Notes under the pieces: generated by a model | The model's database searches: none | Seen by the model: the letters and a program-made list of their open reading frames with translations, nothing else | Told to the model about the DNA's origin: nothing | Translations under genes and position numbers: made by a program | Virus record (IMG/VR): IMGVR_UViG_3300042901_002277 | From: a virus | Reading direction: 5' to 3' (one strand) | DNA length: 64,000 nt | Part shown: one piece after another, positions 17,642 through 26,694 of the stretch | How the letters are laid out: every line of letters starts with the position of its first letter | How positions within the stretch are numbered: the first letter of the stretch is position 1

Positions 17642-17829
17642 CGTTATCCCCTTTCATGAGATACGGTAAGCCTACTACATCGGATACCAGATTTCCAAAG
17701 CGCGTAACGCGTTGCGAATATGGTACGAAGTCGACTTCCAGAGTGTCATGCGGGGCTCTTTCCGGCACTACACCACACCGGTGGGCAGTCGTATTCCAAA
17801 TTTTTAAGCTCGCCGTATTTCAACTAGAT

Positions 17830-18462
17830 TTATCTAAAGCGGCTCTTAGAGACCTTCTTCTTGCCTTTTGCTGCCTCATAGGCCGCCATGTCGTCTATTG
17901 GCGTTACAAGCTCTCCTATGCTCGTCCAGTCCGCCTGTGCTCCTAAGTGCATGACCGCTGTCTTGACTTCCCAGCGCATCTCAGCATCGAATGCAATGTC
18001 TAATAGTTTGATATGCAACTTGTTGAGGTCGTATATGGTCATCGGTGATGAGTCGCCATACCTGAAGTGTTCTCTGAGTGCTGCAGATAGCTCTGCGTAG
18101 TTTCCGTCAACATGAATGATGTCTTCAGGCTTTGTGATGTTTGTAGCTATGTAGCCATATGGCTCTTCCATCAAATTGAGAAACGTCCGCATGAGTTCTC
18201 TCATTTTTTGGGTCCCAAAACCGGCTTCTTCTAACTGTCCAAGGAGCAATACAATGAAGCATCCTTCATAGGTGAAGCTTCTGTCATAGCCTGAGACACC
18301 TGTCTGTATGTAGGCAGGGGGGATAAACCCTTCTTTAATCCAGTTATCGAAAGTCTTGTACTGAGTTTCGGTGTAAAAGGAGAGCTCTTGCAGTGTGAGT
18401 GTAAGAGTTTGTTTCTTTTGTAGATGGAGAGCTTTTATTCTCTCTGTGTCCATAAGTGCCAT
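17830..18462 (-). CDS. MerR-like HTH DNA-binding protein
   Basis: TLQELS...TFDNWIKEGFIPP...GYDRSFT pattern. Confidence 0.6.
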   Translation of the reverse strand: MALMDTERIKALHLQKKQTLTLTLQELSFYTETQYKTFDNWIKEGFIPPAYIQTGVSGYDRSFTYEGCFIVLLLGQLEEAGFGTQKMRELMRTFLNLMEEPYGYIATNITKPEDIIHVDGNYAELSAALREHFRYGDSSPMTIYDLNKLHIKLLDIAFDAEMRWEVKTAVMHLGAQADWTSIGELVTPIDDMAAYEAAKGKKKVSKSRFR

Positions 18463-18657
18463 TGTGTTGTTCCTCTAGGTGTAAATATAACAGAAGACGT
18501 GGCAAACCAGGATAAATTTAACTGAAAGTTGGCGCCGTTTTTGTGCCAGTTTGAATTGCTGACTGGCTATAAACACATAGCAGGCTGTTAATGCTGTTTA
18601 AATTTATCCAATAGAGGGGCCAAAATAAAAAAATCGCGGGGAAAGCCTTCGCCTAGA

Positions 18658-19044
18658 TTACAAGTCCCCGCCGTTTCGTTTTAATTTATCCAGAACTCTG
18701 AACTCAGCAAGGGATTTTGACTTGTATCCATTCGCTGTCATTCTGGCATTCATAGCATCGTGTTCTTGTTTCTTTCTTGCTTGCCCTGTCAGCTGTAGAA
18801 CATGCTCTCCATAGAGCGTGAGCCTGTATCGCTCTTTTCCTTTTGCTCCAGCAACCTCTAGGCAACCACTTTTTTCTAGATGCTTGAACGACTCCTCAAC
18901 ATGGTTGGTGTAGTCCCTTCTGTTGAGCTGGAAATTGCGGTAGTCCGCACGAGTAAACCAGCCCTTTTTCATCTTTGCATAACACATGACAACATAGGCT
19001 TGACTGCCTTGTTTGATTGGTTTTCTGTTTGGCAATTGGTTCAT
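18658..19044 (-). CDS. putative winged-helix protein
   Basis: LEKSGCLE...YRLTLYG wing motif. Confidence 0.5.
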   Translation of the reverse strand: MNQLPNRKPIKQGSQAYVVMCYAKMKKGWFTRADYRNFQLNRRDYTNHVEESFKHLEKSGCLEVAGAKGKERYRLTLYGEHVLQLTGQARKKQEHDAMNARMTANGYKSKSLAEFRVLDKLKRNGGDL

Positions 19045-19075
19045 GAGCGTGAACTGTATCTACCGTTTTAGAAAA

Positions 19076-19492
19076 TCACAAGCTTTCTTCAGTGTCTTTT
19101 GTCTCTTTATTTACTTCTGAATACTTGGCGTAGTGAAGCGTTGATGCTGCATACTCCGGATTTAGCGTCTTGTACCATCCGCCAATAGACTTCATGAGAA
19201 CCCCGGGATTACCGGTTGCTTCGCATGTCTTTGCGGCAATTTCCTCATACTTTGAAATAATGTCATGAAGGCGTCTTGGCTCATAGCATGTTTCTGAAGG
19301 TTTTACGTAGTACCGCAACTCTCCAAATTTTTCCTTTACTTGGAGGATTTTGTAGTGTGGGTCAAATAGTGATAGTTCTCTGTCGCAGTCGATTACTAGC
19401 TGATACCAGCCCTCGTCAACTTGGATTACCTGCGTCCACCCTGAAGCAATCTTCTGCTTTATCTTCTCTATCTGTGACTGCGTCTCATTCAT
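19076..19492 (-). CDS. conserved phage hypothetical protein
   Basis: QVKEKFGELRYY...TCEATGNPG. Confidence 0.75.
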   Translation of the reverse strand: MNETQSQIEKIKQKIASGWTQVIQVDEGWYQLVIDCDRELSLFDPHYKILQVKEKFGELRYYVKPSETCYEPRRLHDIISKYEEIAAKTCEATGNPGVLMKSIGGWYKTLNPEYAASTLHYAKYSEVNKETKDTEESL

Positions 19493-19642
19493 CTCGTGTT
19501 GTCTTCTCGTCCAGTATCTTGGCGCATATGTTACAGAATACTACTCCGGCCTTTTGGTTTCCGAGGAAAGTCTGCCAGTTCTCGCACTTGTGAGGGGTTT
19601 TTGATTTAAACCAATACCAAATGTGCAGAATGTAGTCCATGC

Positions 19643-20116
19643 TCAACCCTGCTTTGTGAAGATGTCAGCACAGCAGTATGCGCCTAGATTCATTGTCAAT
19701 GTACCAAAACCAATCGGAATCGATATTTCAACATACATGGCATTTTTATCACCGACCCCACACAGGTCGCATCCACTTGAGTCGGCCATTAGGAGTGGCA
19801 AGAAACCACTCAAGCATTCATAACAACATCCCACGCCTATTGATGGGGCGAATATGTGCCTGAATGTCGGAGTTGTGGTTGCGAAATGGGGACAAAATTT
19901 ATCAATCTTGTTTAGCAGCTTTCCCAGACTTTCTGTTCTTTTAGCAGAAAAATCAGTATGGCTTATTCCCTTGAAGCCGTGTGGTTCTAAGGTCTCTGTT
20001 GTCTCATCGAACGTTTTTAGTTGCGCTTCAAATAGTTTACGCACGAAATCATGCTGCTCCTGTTCGTTTGCAAATTTTTTGATTTCTGGTTTTGATTTTC
20101 TGTATCTTGGTTGCAT
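19643..20116 (-). CDS. Cys-rich hypothetical protein
   Basis: 157 aa, RBS AAGGAG. Confidence 0.6.
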   Translation of the reverse strand: MQPRYRKSKPEIKKFANEQEQHDFVRKLFEAQLKTFDETTETLEPHGFKGISHTDFSAKRTESLGKLLNKIDKFCPHFATTTPTFRHIFAPSIGVGCCYECLSGFLPLLMADSSGCDLCGVGDKNAMYVEISIPIGFGTLTMNLGAYCCADIFTKQG

Positions 20117-20156
20117 ATTTCTCCTTAGTAGGTTTGTTCAGTATTTAGGCTACGAC

Positions 20157-20384
20157 CTAGCAGTGTTTTTCATATGCACGGTGAGCGATTCTGTTTACCT
20201 GGTCACTCAACTCGTCAGCAACGCTTCCGGGATTGTCCCAGCCAAGCTCATCCATGAGCATGTCAAAAAGCTCGGCAACAGCTCGTTCTAGTAAGATAAC
20301 CTGCTTTTCTGGTGACTTCGGAATAGGACCCAACTTGTATATTCCGGACTCCCATGCTCTGGGTGATGTACGTGTAAATTTCAT
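20157..20384 (-). CDS. hypothetical protein
   Basis: 75 aa, RBS AAGGAG. Confidence 0.55.
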   Translation of the reverse strand: MKFTRTSPRAWESGIYKLGPIPKSPEKQVILLERAVAELFDMLMDELGWDNPGSVADELSDQVNRIAHRAYEKHC

Positions 20385-20411
20385 TTCTTCTCCTTTTTTG
20401 ATTTATCCTAG

Positions 20412-20474
<63 letters not shown>

Positions 20475-20484
<10 letters not shown>

Positions 20485-21239
20485 TCTTTTGCAAATTCCA
20501 TAGATGTTTTGATTAGCCTGGAAAACTGTTCTATGCTCATCCAGCTTAAACTTATCTTTTGATTGCAAAAATCATTCAATACTCGGTAGCCGAGTTCTTT
20601 ATCCGACTCCCACCAGGGTGTATCAATTGCTTCTTTTGAAAAAACACACTCCTTGGGCCCCCATGATGAAAAATCGTTATAGAAAACTCTTACATTCAAC
20701 AATATTGTTGGGGGGAATTTACGATAAATCTGCCAGCGAAATTCATCGTTGCTCGACTCGTTTAAATTACAGGAGTGGCACAACAACCCTCGTATAAGTC
20801 CGCTTTCGTGGCAGTGGTCCATTACGATTTTAGAGTCTTCGAATCCGCACATCGCACAGCGGTTTTCTTGCCAGCCCCATAGCTCGTCCAAACCTTCCGA
20901 GCCCTCTAATAGCGAAGCTTTTTGGTCCCATCTTTCAGTATTGTGCTGCCATTGCAAATAAGCTGGTTGCGGTCGGTCGGTCGGTCGAAGATGTCCAGCA
21001 TGTTTAAACTTTTTTTCTGTTTCATACAACCCTGCCATTGCACTATAATTCGAGTAATCACCCAATGAGGAAATACGGTTTTTATTTTTTTCCCTATGCT
21101 GCAAAGCCTCAAATAAGCTTGCTTCTTTTTTAGTTCTAAAAGTTTTAGCGATTTGCTTTCCGCTCGTATCGCGATACTTAACTTGATAGGAGGTTCCCCG
21201 TTTACCTACGCGCTTGTGGATACTCATTTCAGTTTTCAC
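20475..21239 (-). CDS. endonuclease VII-type HNH nuclease with N-terminal Arm-like DNA-binding domain
   Basis: CAMC...DHCHESGLIRGLLCHSCN; N-term YQVKYRDTSGKQIAKTFRTKKEA. Confidence 0.8.
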
Positions 21240-21268
21240 CTTTTCTCACTGAGTTGCAGGCCCTTCAC

Positions 21269-21559
21269 TTATAAGTCTCTTGGCGGTATCGGCATCCCAC
21301 CACCAGCCATTTTTAGAAATGTCTTTTCGTCAATAACCTCAAACGACCATGCATCCTGGGTGAAGCCATTATTTATTTCGTGCGGCCTTCTATCGATTAG
21401 CGACACTAGCCTGCATCTGACTAATTTCCCACCGATTTTTGAATTGACGTACCACGTCTTAACCGGGTCTCTGGTTTGCCAAATTACATAGATGCAGGTA
21501 TCTGTTTTACCGGCTTTAGTTATTTCCCCAATTGTGCCTTTTTGCGACATGCCCTTCAC
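21269..21559 (-). CDS. hypothetical protein
   Basis: ORF track, coupled start. Confidence 0.5.
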   Translation of the reverse strand: MKGMSQKGTIGEITKAGKTDTCIYVIWQTRDPVKTWYVNSKIGGKLVRCRLVSLIDRRPHEINNGFTQDAWSFEVIDEKTFLKMAGGGMPIPPRDL

Positions 21560-22140
21560 CCTCCCTTGTTATTTTTTTGCTGCTTTGCACAGGTCGGCCC
21601 AATTCCAGCAGCAATACTCTGTGGGTCATCCAGAACTTTTCCACATACGCAGCAAATACCGGTATTTTTACCAATCTTGATGATTCCTTCTTCTGTGAGC
21701 TTTATAAAATTTCCATTGGCTACATTGGTGAAGAAGTCATCTCGCGCACTCCGCGAGTAGCCATTCTTGACTTCGAACCAGGTGGGCGAATCAATACGGC
21801 GCTTTCTCAAAGAGCGAGACTTAAAGTCACCCTCTACCACCCATGACAACTTATAAATTTCTTTATTTATACCGTCCATGTAGATACCGTTTTCCACAGA
21901 TACACCACTTGGGTCATAAAACTTATCAACTTTTTTCCGCATCTTAATGGCGGACTGAAGTTGCTTTTCTGTAAAACCACTGTAAGTCACGTAATACTCG
22001 GAGAGGCTCTGAGCGAAATCAGACCACTTCTGTTCTTTCAGCCATTCATACATGTTTTCATTTTTTTTTAAACCGTTACTTACCGGTCTCTGTACGTGTC
22101 TATTGCTTAAACGGCTTCCACCGCTTTTACCGTAACTCAT
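21556..22140 (-). CDS. DUF6011-like protein
   Basis: C-terminal CCVCGKVLDDPQSIAAGIGPTC. Confidence 0.8.
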   Translation of the reverse strand: MSYGKSGGSRLSNRHVQRPVSNGLKKNENMYEWLKEQKWSDFAQSLSEYYVTYSGFTEKQLQSAIKMRKKVDKFYDPSGVSVENGIYMDGINKEIYKLSWVVEGDFKSRSLRKRRIDSPTWFEVKNGYSRSARDDFFTNVANGNFIKLTEEGIIKIGKNTGICCVCGKVLDDPQSIAAGIGPTCAKQQKNNKGG

Positions 22141-22241
22141 ATGGCCCCAATGCTTTAATTAGATAGTTTATTTTTATTGAAATAGTTTTAGACAGTGCAC
22201 TGTACCAAGAATTTTTGTACAAATCAACTTTTCCAGCATTG

Positions 22242-22316
22242 TGCCCCTGGTTGGAATTGAACCAACGTGGACCGCTACGGTTTCTACACCTTATAAGAGT
22301 GAGCCGATACAGGGGC
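22242..22316 (-). tRNA. atypical D-arm-less tRNA-like RNA, anticodon TAT (Ile)
   Basis: 7-bp acceptor GCCCCTG/CAGGGGC, T-arm GTTGG-TTCAATT-CCAAC, anticodon loop CTTATAA, long variable arm, no D stem. Confidence 0.7.
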
Positions 22317-22501
22317 GAGCATCATCGTGCTAACCCCCGTATTCGACCCGTAAAAAACATTAGTTTGGTTGGTTCCCGTCTTCTATCTGAATGGGTGTTT
22401 CTTCTTCTTCTAAATCTTCATACCACTCTACAAATGAATCTGCTCCATTTGTCATCCCTGGTCTTTCAATGTTCACAGATTTTCTTACCCACTTTCGCTT
22501 T

Positions 22502-22774
22502 TCATCCACGTCGTCGCGTCCTGTGGTTTGTTACGGCAGAAGCATATTTTTCTGCGTAATTTGGTTCAGAGTGCTCCATCATTACTACATCGTAAAGCTC
22601 GTCAGCTAAGTCGCGCTCTTTTTGATAATCATTTCGCCAGTTATCCCTGTCTAGGCGAAGTAATACGTTGTTATCACGCAATGCTTTTATTTCGTTTATC
22701 ACCGTTTGAGCAAATGGGCTTGGACTCTTTTTGAGTTCTTCGATGATGTCTAATTGGTCTTCTTCTGCAGACAC
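22502..22774 (-). CDS. coiled-coil hypothetical protein
   Basis: 90 aa. Confidence 0.55.
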   Translation of the reverse strand: MSAEEDQLDIIEELKKSPSPFAQTVINEIKALRDNNVLLRLDRDNWRNDYQKERDLADELYDVVMMEHSEPNYAEKYASAVTNHRTRRRG

Positions 22775-22778
22775 TTTT

Positions 22779-23237
22779 CTATCCTTGTTCGTCGTATCTC
22801 TGGTTAATCATCATGTCTTGGACATCTTCTGGCATAAGTAGAAAACCTTTTGCTGGATTGTCCGCACCACCAAGGTTTATCTTATTAGAGCTATTGAATC
22901 TTTCCGGGAATGCTCGCAGGTATCTTTTTAGGCGAGGTACAGAAATGACAATGAAAGCTCCCTCGGGAGAGAAAATGTAAACCCACCATTTAGCAGTGGT
23001 TATGTTTATCCCGCTTTTATTCCAGACCTGCACGCCGTTCACGTCTCTGTATCCGCGTGGGTTTTGGTCTGTTTCAACAACCATTCTCCCGTTGCGGTAT
23101 CTATCACTCTTCACTTCAAACGAACCATCTGACAGGTCGTCAAGAAATGTTGATACAAGAGACTCACCCTGTTGCCCGTAGGCTAGGTCTTTTTTAAAAT
23201 CAAATTTTCGTGCTGGAATATCAAACTCTGCGGCCAT
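22779..23237 (-). CDS. PD-(D/E)xK-like nuclease
   Basis: FDFKKDLAYGQQGE...FEVKSD...GRMVVE. Confidence 0.6.
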   Translation of the reverse strand: MAAEFDIPARKFDFKKDLAYGQQGESLVSTFLDDLSDGSFEVKSDRYRNGRMVVETDQNPRGYRDVNGVQVWNKSGINITTAKWWVYIFSPEGAFIVISVPRLKRYLRAFPERFNSSNKINLGGADNPAKGFLLMPEDVQDMMINQRYDEQG

Positions 23238-23274
23238 GAATCAATCATGCCAGCGTTAAAACTCGTTTGCAACC

Positions 23275-23988
23275 TTAGTTTTTATATACTCGCCAGTTTC
23301 CGAGCTTGCCCTGAGAGTTGTCCATAATCCATTTTGCAAAAATAACGTTGCATCGGACATCTTTGAGACCACTCATGCGATTTTCTACGGCGTCTTTTCC
23401 GCAAACATCAGCAACTCGCGACTTCCATGATGAGTTGATTTGGAGAAGTCCAGTATCGTACGATTTATCCTTATTCAGGGCATAAGTCATGTTCCCGTTG
23501 GCATCCCACCTAGCGTTTTGAGCAGCTGGATTACAGCCGCTTTCGCGCCATGCAATATATGAAAAAACCTCAACCGGCAGGAGCCCTACTTCCTCGAAAA
23601 GAGGTTCCCACATTGGGCATCGCTTCGCTTGGTCTCCAGGAATGTTGTAAACAGCACTCATTGGGGGTTCTGGAACATTGCTCACAGGGAGATTTAGTGA
23701 TTGGAGCTTTTCAATGTGCCTGCGACGGGTTATGGAACCGTAATCGCCGTCAACCCTGACGCTTCCAATCGTTCTTTGCAGATTTTTGACTCGCTCACTC
23801 TTCTCTCCGAAGGAGTAATTGTCCAATAAAACCTGCTTGTTTTTGGCCTCTTCCATTCTGTCTGGAGAAACAACAGAGACAGCCGGTAGAGGTGCCAGCA
23901 TGGCTACCTCCGCCTTTGTCCCACCTGGGATTGAAATCCCCAAGGCTCCAAAAAGTATAGAAATAGACCATCCTGTGATTTGCTTCAA
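23275..23988 (-). CDS. lytic transglycosylase (SLT) with peptidoglycan-binding domain
   Basis: IAWRESGCNP, DTGLLQIN; VKNLQ...VDGDYGSIT PG-binding motif; signal peptide. Confidence 0.85.
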   Translation of the reverse strand: MKQITGWSISILFGALGISIPGGTKAEVAMLAPLPAVSVVSPDRMEEAKNKQVLLDNYSFGEKSERVKNLQRTIGSVRVDGDYGSITRRRHIEKLQSLNLPVSNVPEPPMSAVYNIPGDQAKRCPMWEPLFEEVGLLPVEVFSYIAWRESGCNPAAQNARWDANGNMTYALNKDKSYDTGLLQINSSWKSRVADVCGKDAVENRMSGLKDVRCNVIFAKWIMDNSQGKLGNWRVYKN

Positions 23989-24126
23989 TGTTTTTCTCCT
24001 GAACTCGGCGGATAGGGCAACAGGCTTTAGTAAATAGCCTGCCTATGTCAGTATCGGGTACTTCAATATTACCAAATTATTAGGCAATAGCAACTTCAGC
24101 GATAGTTTAACTCTTGACGAGTGGCT

Positions 24127-24495
24127 CTAATCCCCAATAACCGTACGGTCTTGAAGGCCTGTCATAAATTTCTCAAAATCTTTTAGATTTACTGAGGTTT
24201 TGAATGAATTTTCGGACTCAATATCATAAATATCAAGATTCATTGATTGAACAAGAACGCTTGCAATATCTCCACAGTCATTTGATGCGTCATCAATTTC
24301 CTCTTCGCTCATGTCGTCGTCTATATAGAAGTACAGAAGCACTCCAGCAATGTGTTCGACGAGGTTCAGGCGTGCTTCATCTTTTGTTGTTGTCATGGGT
24401 TGCATCCTATCAGCGGTGGTGATAAAGTTGCAATCGCTGAAGTCACCCGACCTCGGCATACGTAAACCAAGGAGAAGAAATGAACCCGGCACCAA
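24127..24495 (-). CDS. acidic hypothetical protein (true start likely ~24395-24405)
   Basis: ORF track; N-terminal part overlaps ssb promoter region. Confidence 0.5.
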   Translation of the reverse strand: MVPGSFLLLGLRMPRSGDFSDCNFITTADRMQPMTTTKDEARLNLVEHIAGVLLYFYIDDDMSEEEIDDASNDCGDIASVLVQSMNLDIYDIESENSFKTSVNLKDFEKFMTGLQDRTVIGD

Positions 24496-24956
24496 CGGTG
24501 ATTATCGGTAACGTTACGGCGGAACCAGAACTCACCTTCACATCAAACGGACAGGCACGCCTGTCATTTTCAGTAGCTGCAAACTATGTTTGGTACGACC
24601 AGGCAGGCGAAAAGCAGGAAAAGGTTTCCTTTTTCAACATCGTCGCATGGCGCTACACAGCCGAGAATGCTGCAAAGACACTGGAAAAGGGAATTGGTGT
24701 AATCGTAACAGGACGCCTTGAACAGCGTTCATGGGACGACAAAGAGACAGGCCAAAAGCGTTCAACAGTCGAAGTTATTGCAGATGAAATTGCAATTAAC
24801 ACTCGCAGTGTTGAAACTGTTGTCCGTCGCACCAAGCAGGACGGTGGTCAAGCGCAGGGCGGTTCATCCGCTCCGGCACAGCGCCGCTCAAAGCCAGCAG
24901 CATCAAATCGTCAGCCAGTAGGCGTTGGCGTAGATGGTGAATCAGAACCATTCTGA
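24480..24956 (+). CDS. ssb: single-stranded DNA-binding protein
   Basis: IIGNVTAEPEL, GRLEQRSW, acidic C-terminal PF. Confidence 0.95.
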   Translation: MNPAPTVIIGNVTAEPELTFTSNGQARLSFSVAANYVWYDQAGEKQEKVSFFNIVAWRYTAENAAKTLEKGIGVIVTGRLEQRSWDDKETGQKRSTVEVIADEIAINTRSVETVVRRTKQDGGQAQGGSSAPAQRRSKPAASNRQPVGVGVDGESEPF

Positions 24957-24975
24957 TTCTTGCCCTTTAAATAAA

Positions 24976-25023
24976 TAAAACCCTCGTTAATTTCGTGCAG
25001 AGACGCGAAGACGAGGGTTTTTT
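24976..25023. terminator. bidirectional intrinsic terminator
   Basis: AAAACCCTCG...CGAGGGTTTTTT between convergent genes. Confidence 0.7.
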
Positions 25024-25208
25024 TATATCCTTTTTAAACCATGCAGTATTTTTGTAAGTTCATCGCCATCAAACGGAATTGCATAAGCGTCGACATAGTT
25101 TTTGGCATCCAACAGCATGTCTATGACTTCTGCCACTGGGACCGAAGACTTAGGGTCTTTAACTAATTGACCTGAAAGCCTTTGTAGGTGGGTTTCTATA
25201 GAGTCCAT
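25023..25208 (-). CDS. hypothetical protein
   Basis: 61 aa. Confidence 0.5.
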   Translation of the reverse strand: MDSIETHLQRLSGQLVKDPKSSVPVAEVIDMLLDAKNYVDAYAIPFDGDELTKILHGLKRI

Positions 25209-25318
25209 GAGTTAAGTATAAACACAAAAAATATCCTTACAGAGGTTGTCAATGCATTTTTTAGTTATTAATATCTAAGTCAACCTACAAATAGACGGAC
25301 ATAAAGGAGTTATTACTA

Positions 25319-25528
25319 ATGTCTGAATACAATAAACTCAAGAACAGCGGCCTTGGTCGTGGTCGTCCAAAACTCAATGAAGAAGAGCGCATTTTGCGGA
25401 AGCAGATGAACTCAGTGCGCCAAGAAGCTCGCAGACGAGCGCATCTTGTGCTTCAGCATCGTCATCAGGATGAGTACAATAAGATTTTTGAAGAAGAATT
25501 CAAATCTCTTAGCAAAAAGAGCCGTTAG
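25319..25528 (+). CDS. small DNA-binding protein with AT-hook
   Basis: GRGRPK; strong RBS. Confidence 0.65.
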   Translation: MSEYNKLKNSGLGRGRPKLNEEERILRKQMNSVRQEARRRAHLVLQHRHQDEYNKIFEEEFKSLSKKSR

Positions 25529-25627
25529 TTTTATTTCTGCTCCTGGAAGTCTTTATCGACTTCCGGGGGCGGAACATCATGAACTAGTTCGCCAGTTTTA
25601 AATCTTAGAATAAGGGGCGGAGGTTCT

Positions 25628-25828
25628 TCAGGGGTACTCAATGTTGCCACTTTTCATTGAGCCTCTACCCTTTTTTGAGGGCTTCATAACTTTTGACTTT
25701 GATTTTCCATATTGAGATTCTAACCATTCGTCAAAGTCGTCTACTTCTCCCTGGCTTGAAATCACATATTTTTCGTATTGTTTTATAAGCCCAACGAGCT
25801 CGTCGTCTTCTTCGTCAAATCTTGGCAT
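25628..25828 (-). CDS. hypothetical protein
   Basis: 66 aa. Confidence 0.55.
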   Translation of the reverse strand: MPRFDEEDDELVGLIKQYEKYVISSQGEVDDFDEWLESQYGKSKSKVMKPSKKGRGSMKSGNIEYP

Positions 25829-25830
25829 TT

Positions 25831-26340
25831 CTATCTGGACCTTCTTGCTCTTCTTCCAGCTTTTGCCGCTCTCATGGTGTTTGGAACGAATTGTTTTCCT
25901 TTTTTACTTCCAGCAATCTTTTTTCTATTTGTCGCTGCTTTTTGTGCTGGAGTTAATTTCTCCCAAGCTGCTGCAGGGAGATACCTGCGCATTCCGTCTG
26001 GTCGGTTTGCTGGTTTACCATCGCTAGTTGTCCATTTTTCTTTTGTCCATTTTTTCAAGGACCGTTGAGTCTTGCTTAATCCACCGCGATATCCGCCGCC
26101 AGCTTTCCTGTATCGAACGGCAAGAAGTTGAGCCTTCCGAGCAGACCATTGACCTGGCTTCCCGCCTTCAGAACCGGCAAGGATGCGGGATTTAATTCTT
26201 TCCCTTAGTTCGGGTTTGGTGTATGAATTCTTGGCTGACTTTTCCATGAATTCTGAATCAACACCAGCTAAAAATTCCCCAACAGCAAGCTCAACCCAAT
26301 CAGGGCCGTAGTTCGTTGATTTGTCTTGTCTGCTCGCCAT
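25831..26340 (-). CDS. DUF5872-like basic phage protein
   Basis: YTKPELR...GGKPGQWSARKAQ...GGGY. Confidence 0.75.
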   Translation of the reverse strand: MASRQDKSTNYGPDWVELAVGEFLAGVDSEFMEKSAKNSYTKPELRERIKSRILAGSEGGKPGQWSARKAQLLAVRYRKAGGGYRGGLSKTQRSLKKWTKEKWTTSDGKPANRPDGMRRYLPAAAWEKLTPAQKAATNRKKIAGSKKGKQFVPNTMRAAKAGRRARRSR

Positions 26341-26394
26341 TGATGTCTCCGCTTAAAATAATACGCGATAAAAAAGCGGATTAGTGTTAAGTGT

Positions 26395-26694
26395 TTATTG
26401 CAGTCTTTGACCGCATTTTAGACAAGTGACAGACCACGGATAACGCCTAACTGATGGGTGCTCGCACTCAAGAAGGGTCTTTGCCTTTGCATTCAACACA
26501 TCGCGTATCCAGGCCGACATTGTTTTTCCATCAACCGCAGCAGCTTTTCTCCAGCGCTCTCTTACCTCATCTGTTGTTCTGATTAGGACGGATGTATTTG
26601 TCGGTCCCTCGTCTTCTTTTTCTAGTGGTCTTACTGACAGGTCTGTCGAGTCAGCGACGGCCTTCATTGCTGCTTCAAGGTTGCTGTCACTCAT
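26395..26694 (-). CDS. ribbon-helix-helix DNA-binding protein
   Basis: VLIRTT...WRKAA...TMSAWIRDVL. Confidence 0.65.
   Translation of the reverse strand: MSDSNLEAAMKAVADSTDLSVRPLEKEDEGPTNTSVLIRTTDEVRERWRKAAAVDGKTMSAWIRDVLNAKAKTLLECEHPSVRRYPWSVTCLKCGQRLQ

Larger units (their letters stand above)
139..17699. promoter_or_regulatory. 20 copies of phage promoter TTTTGGAAATTTGGTATC-N8-TANNNT
   Basis: Plus-strand GATACCAAATTTCCAAA(A) (minus-strand promoters) at 153,423,1017,1359,1973,2443,3241,3796,4406,5232,5859,6191,6726,7187,8310,9187,17143,17683; opposite orientation at 9239 and 12995. In every copy a TANNNT hexamer lies exactly 8 nt downstream, followed by an RBS/ATG, a leaderless ATG or a structured RNA. 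Confidence 0.9.
448..17757. repeat. dispersed heptamer AGCCCCG/CGGGGCT (~38 copies, 10 inverted intergenic pairs)
   Basis: AGCCCCG at 448,1043,2008,2478,3268,3853,4432,5416,5914,6259,6784,7223,7496,8336,10394,10623,11825,12980,14859; CGGGGCT at 495,1088,1382,2044,3305,3889,4511,5450,5947,6292,6810,9213,9677,11142,12290,13260,13709,15590,17751. Confidence 0.9.

Noticed and set aside
22242-22316. tmRNA tRNA-like domain
   Set aside because: No G3-U70 alanine pair and no tag ORF; it has a true anticodon arm
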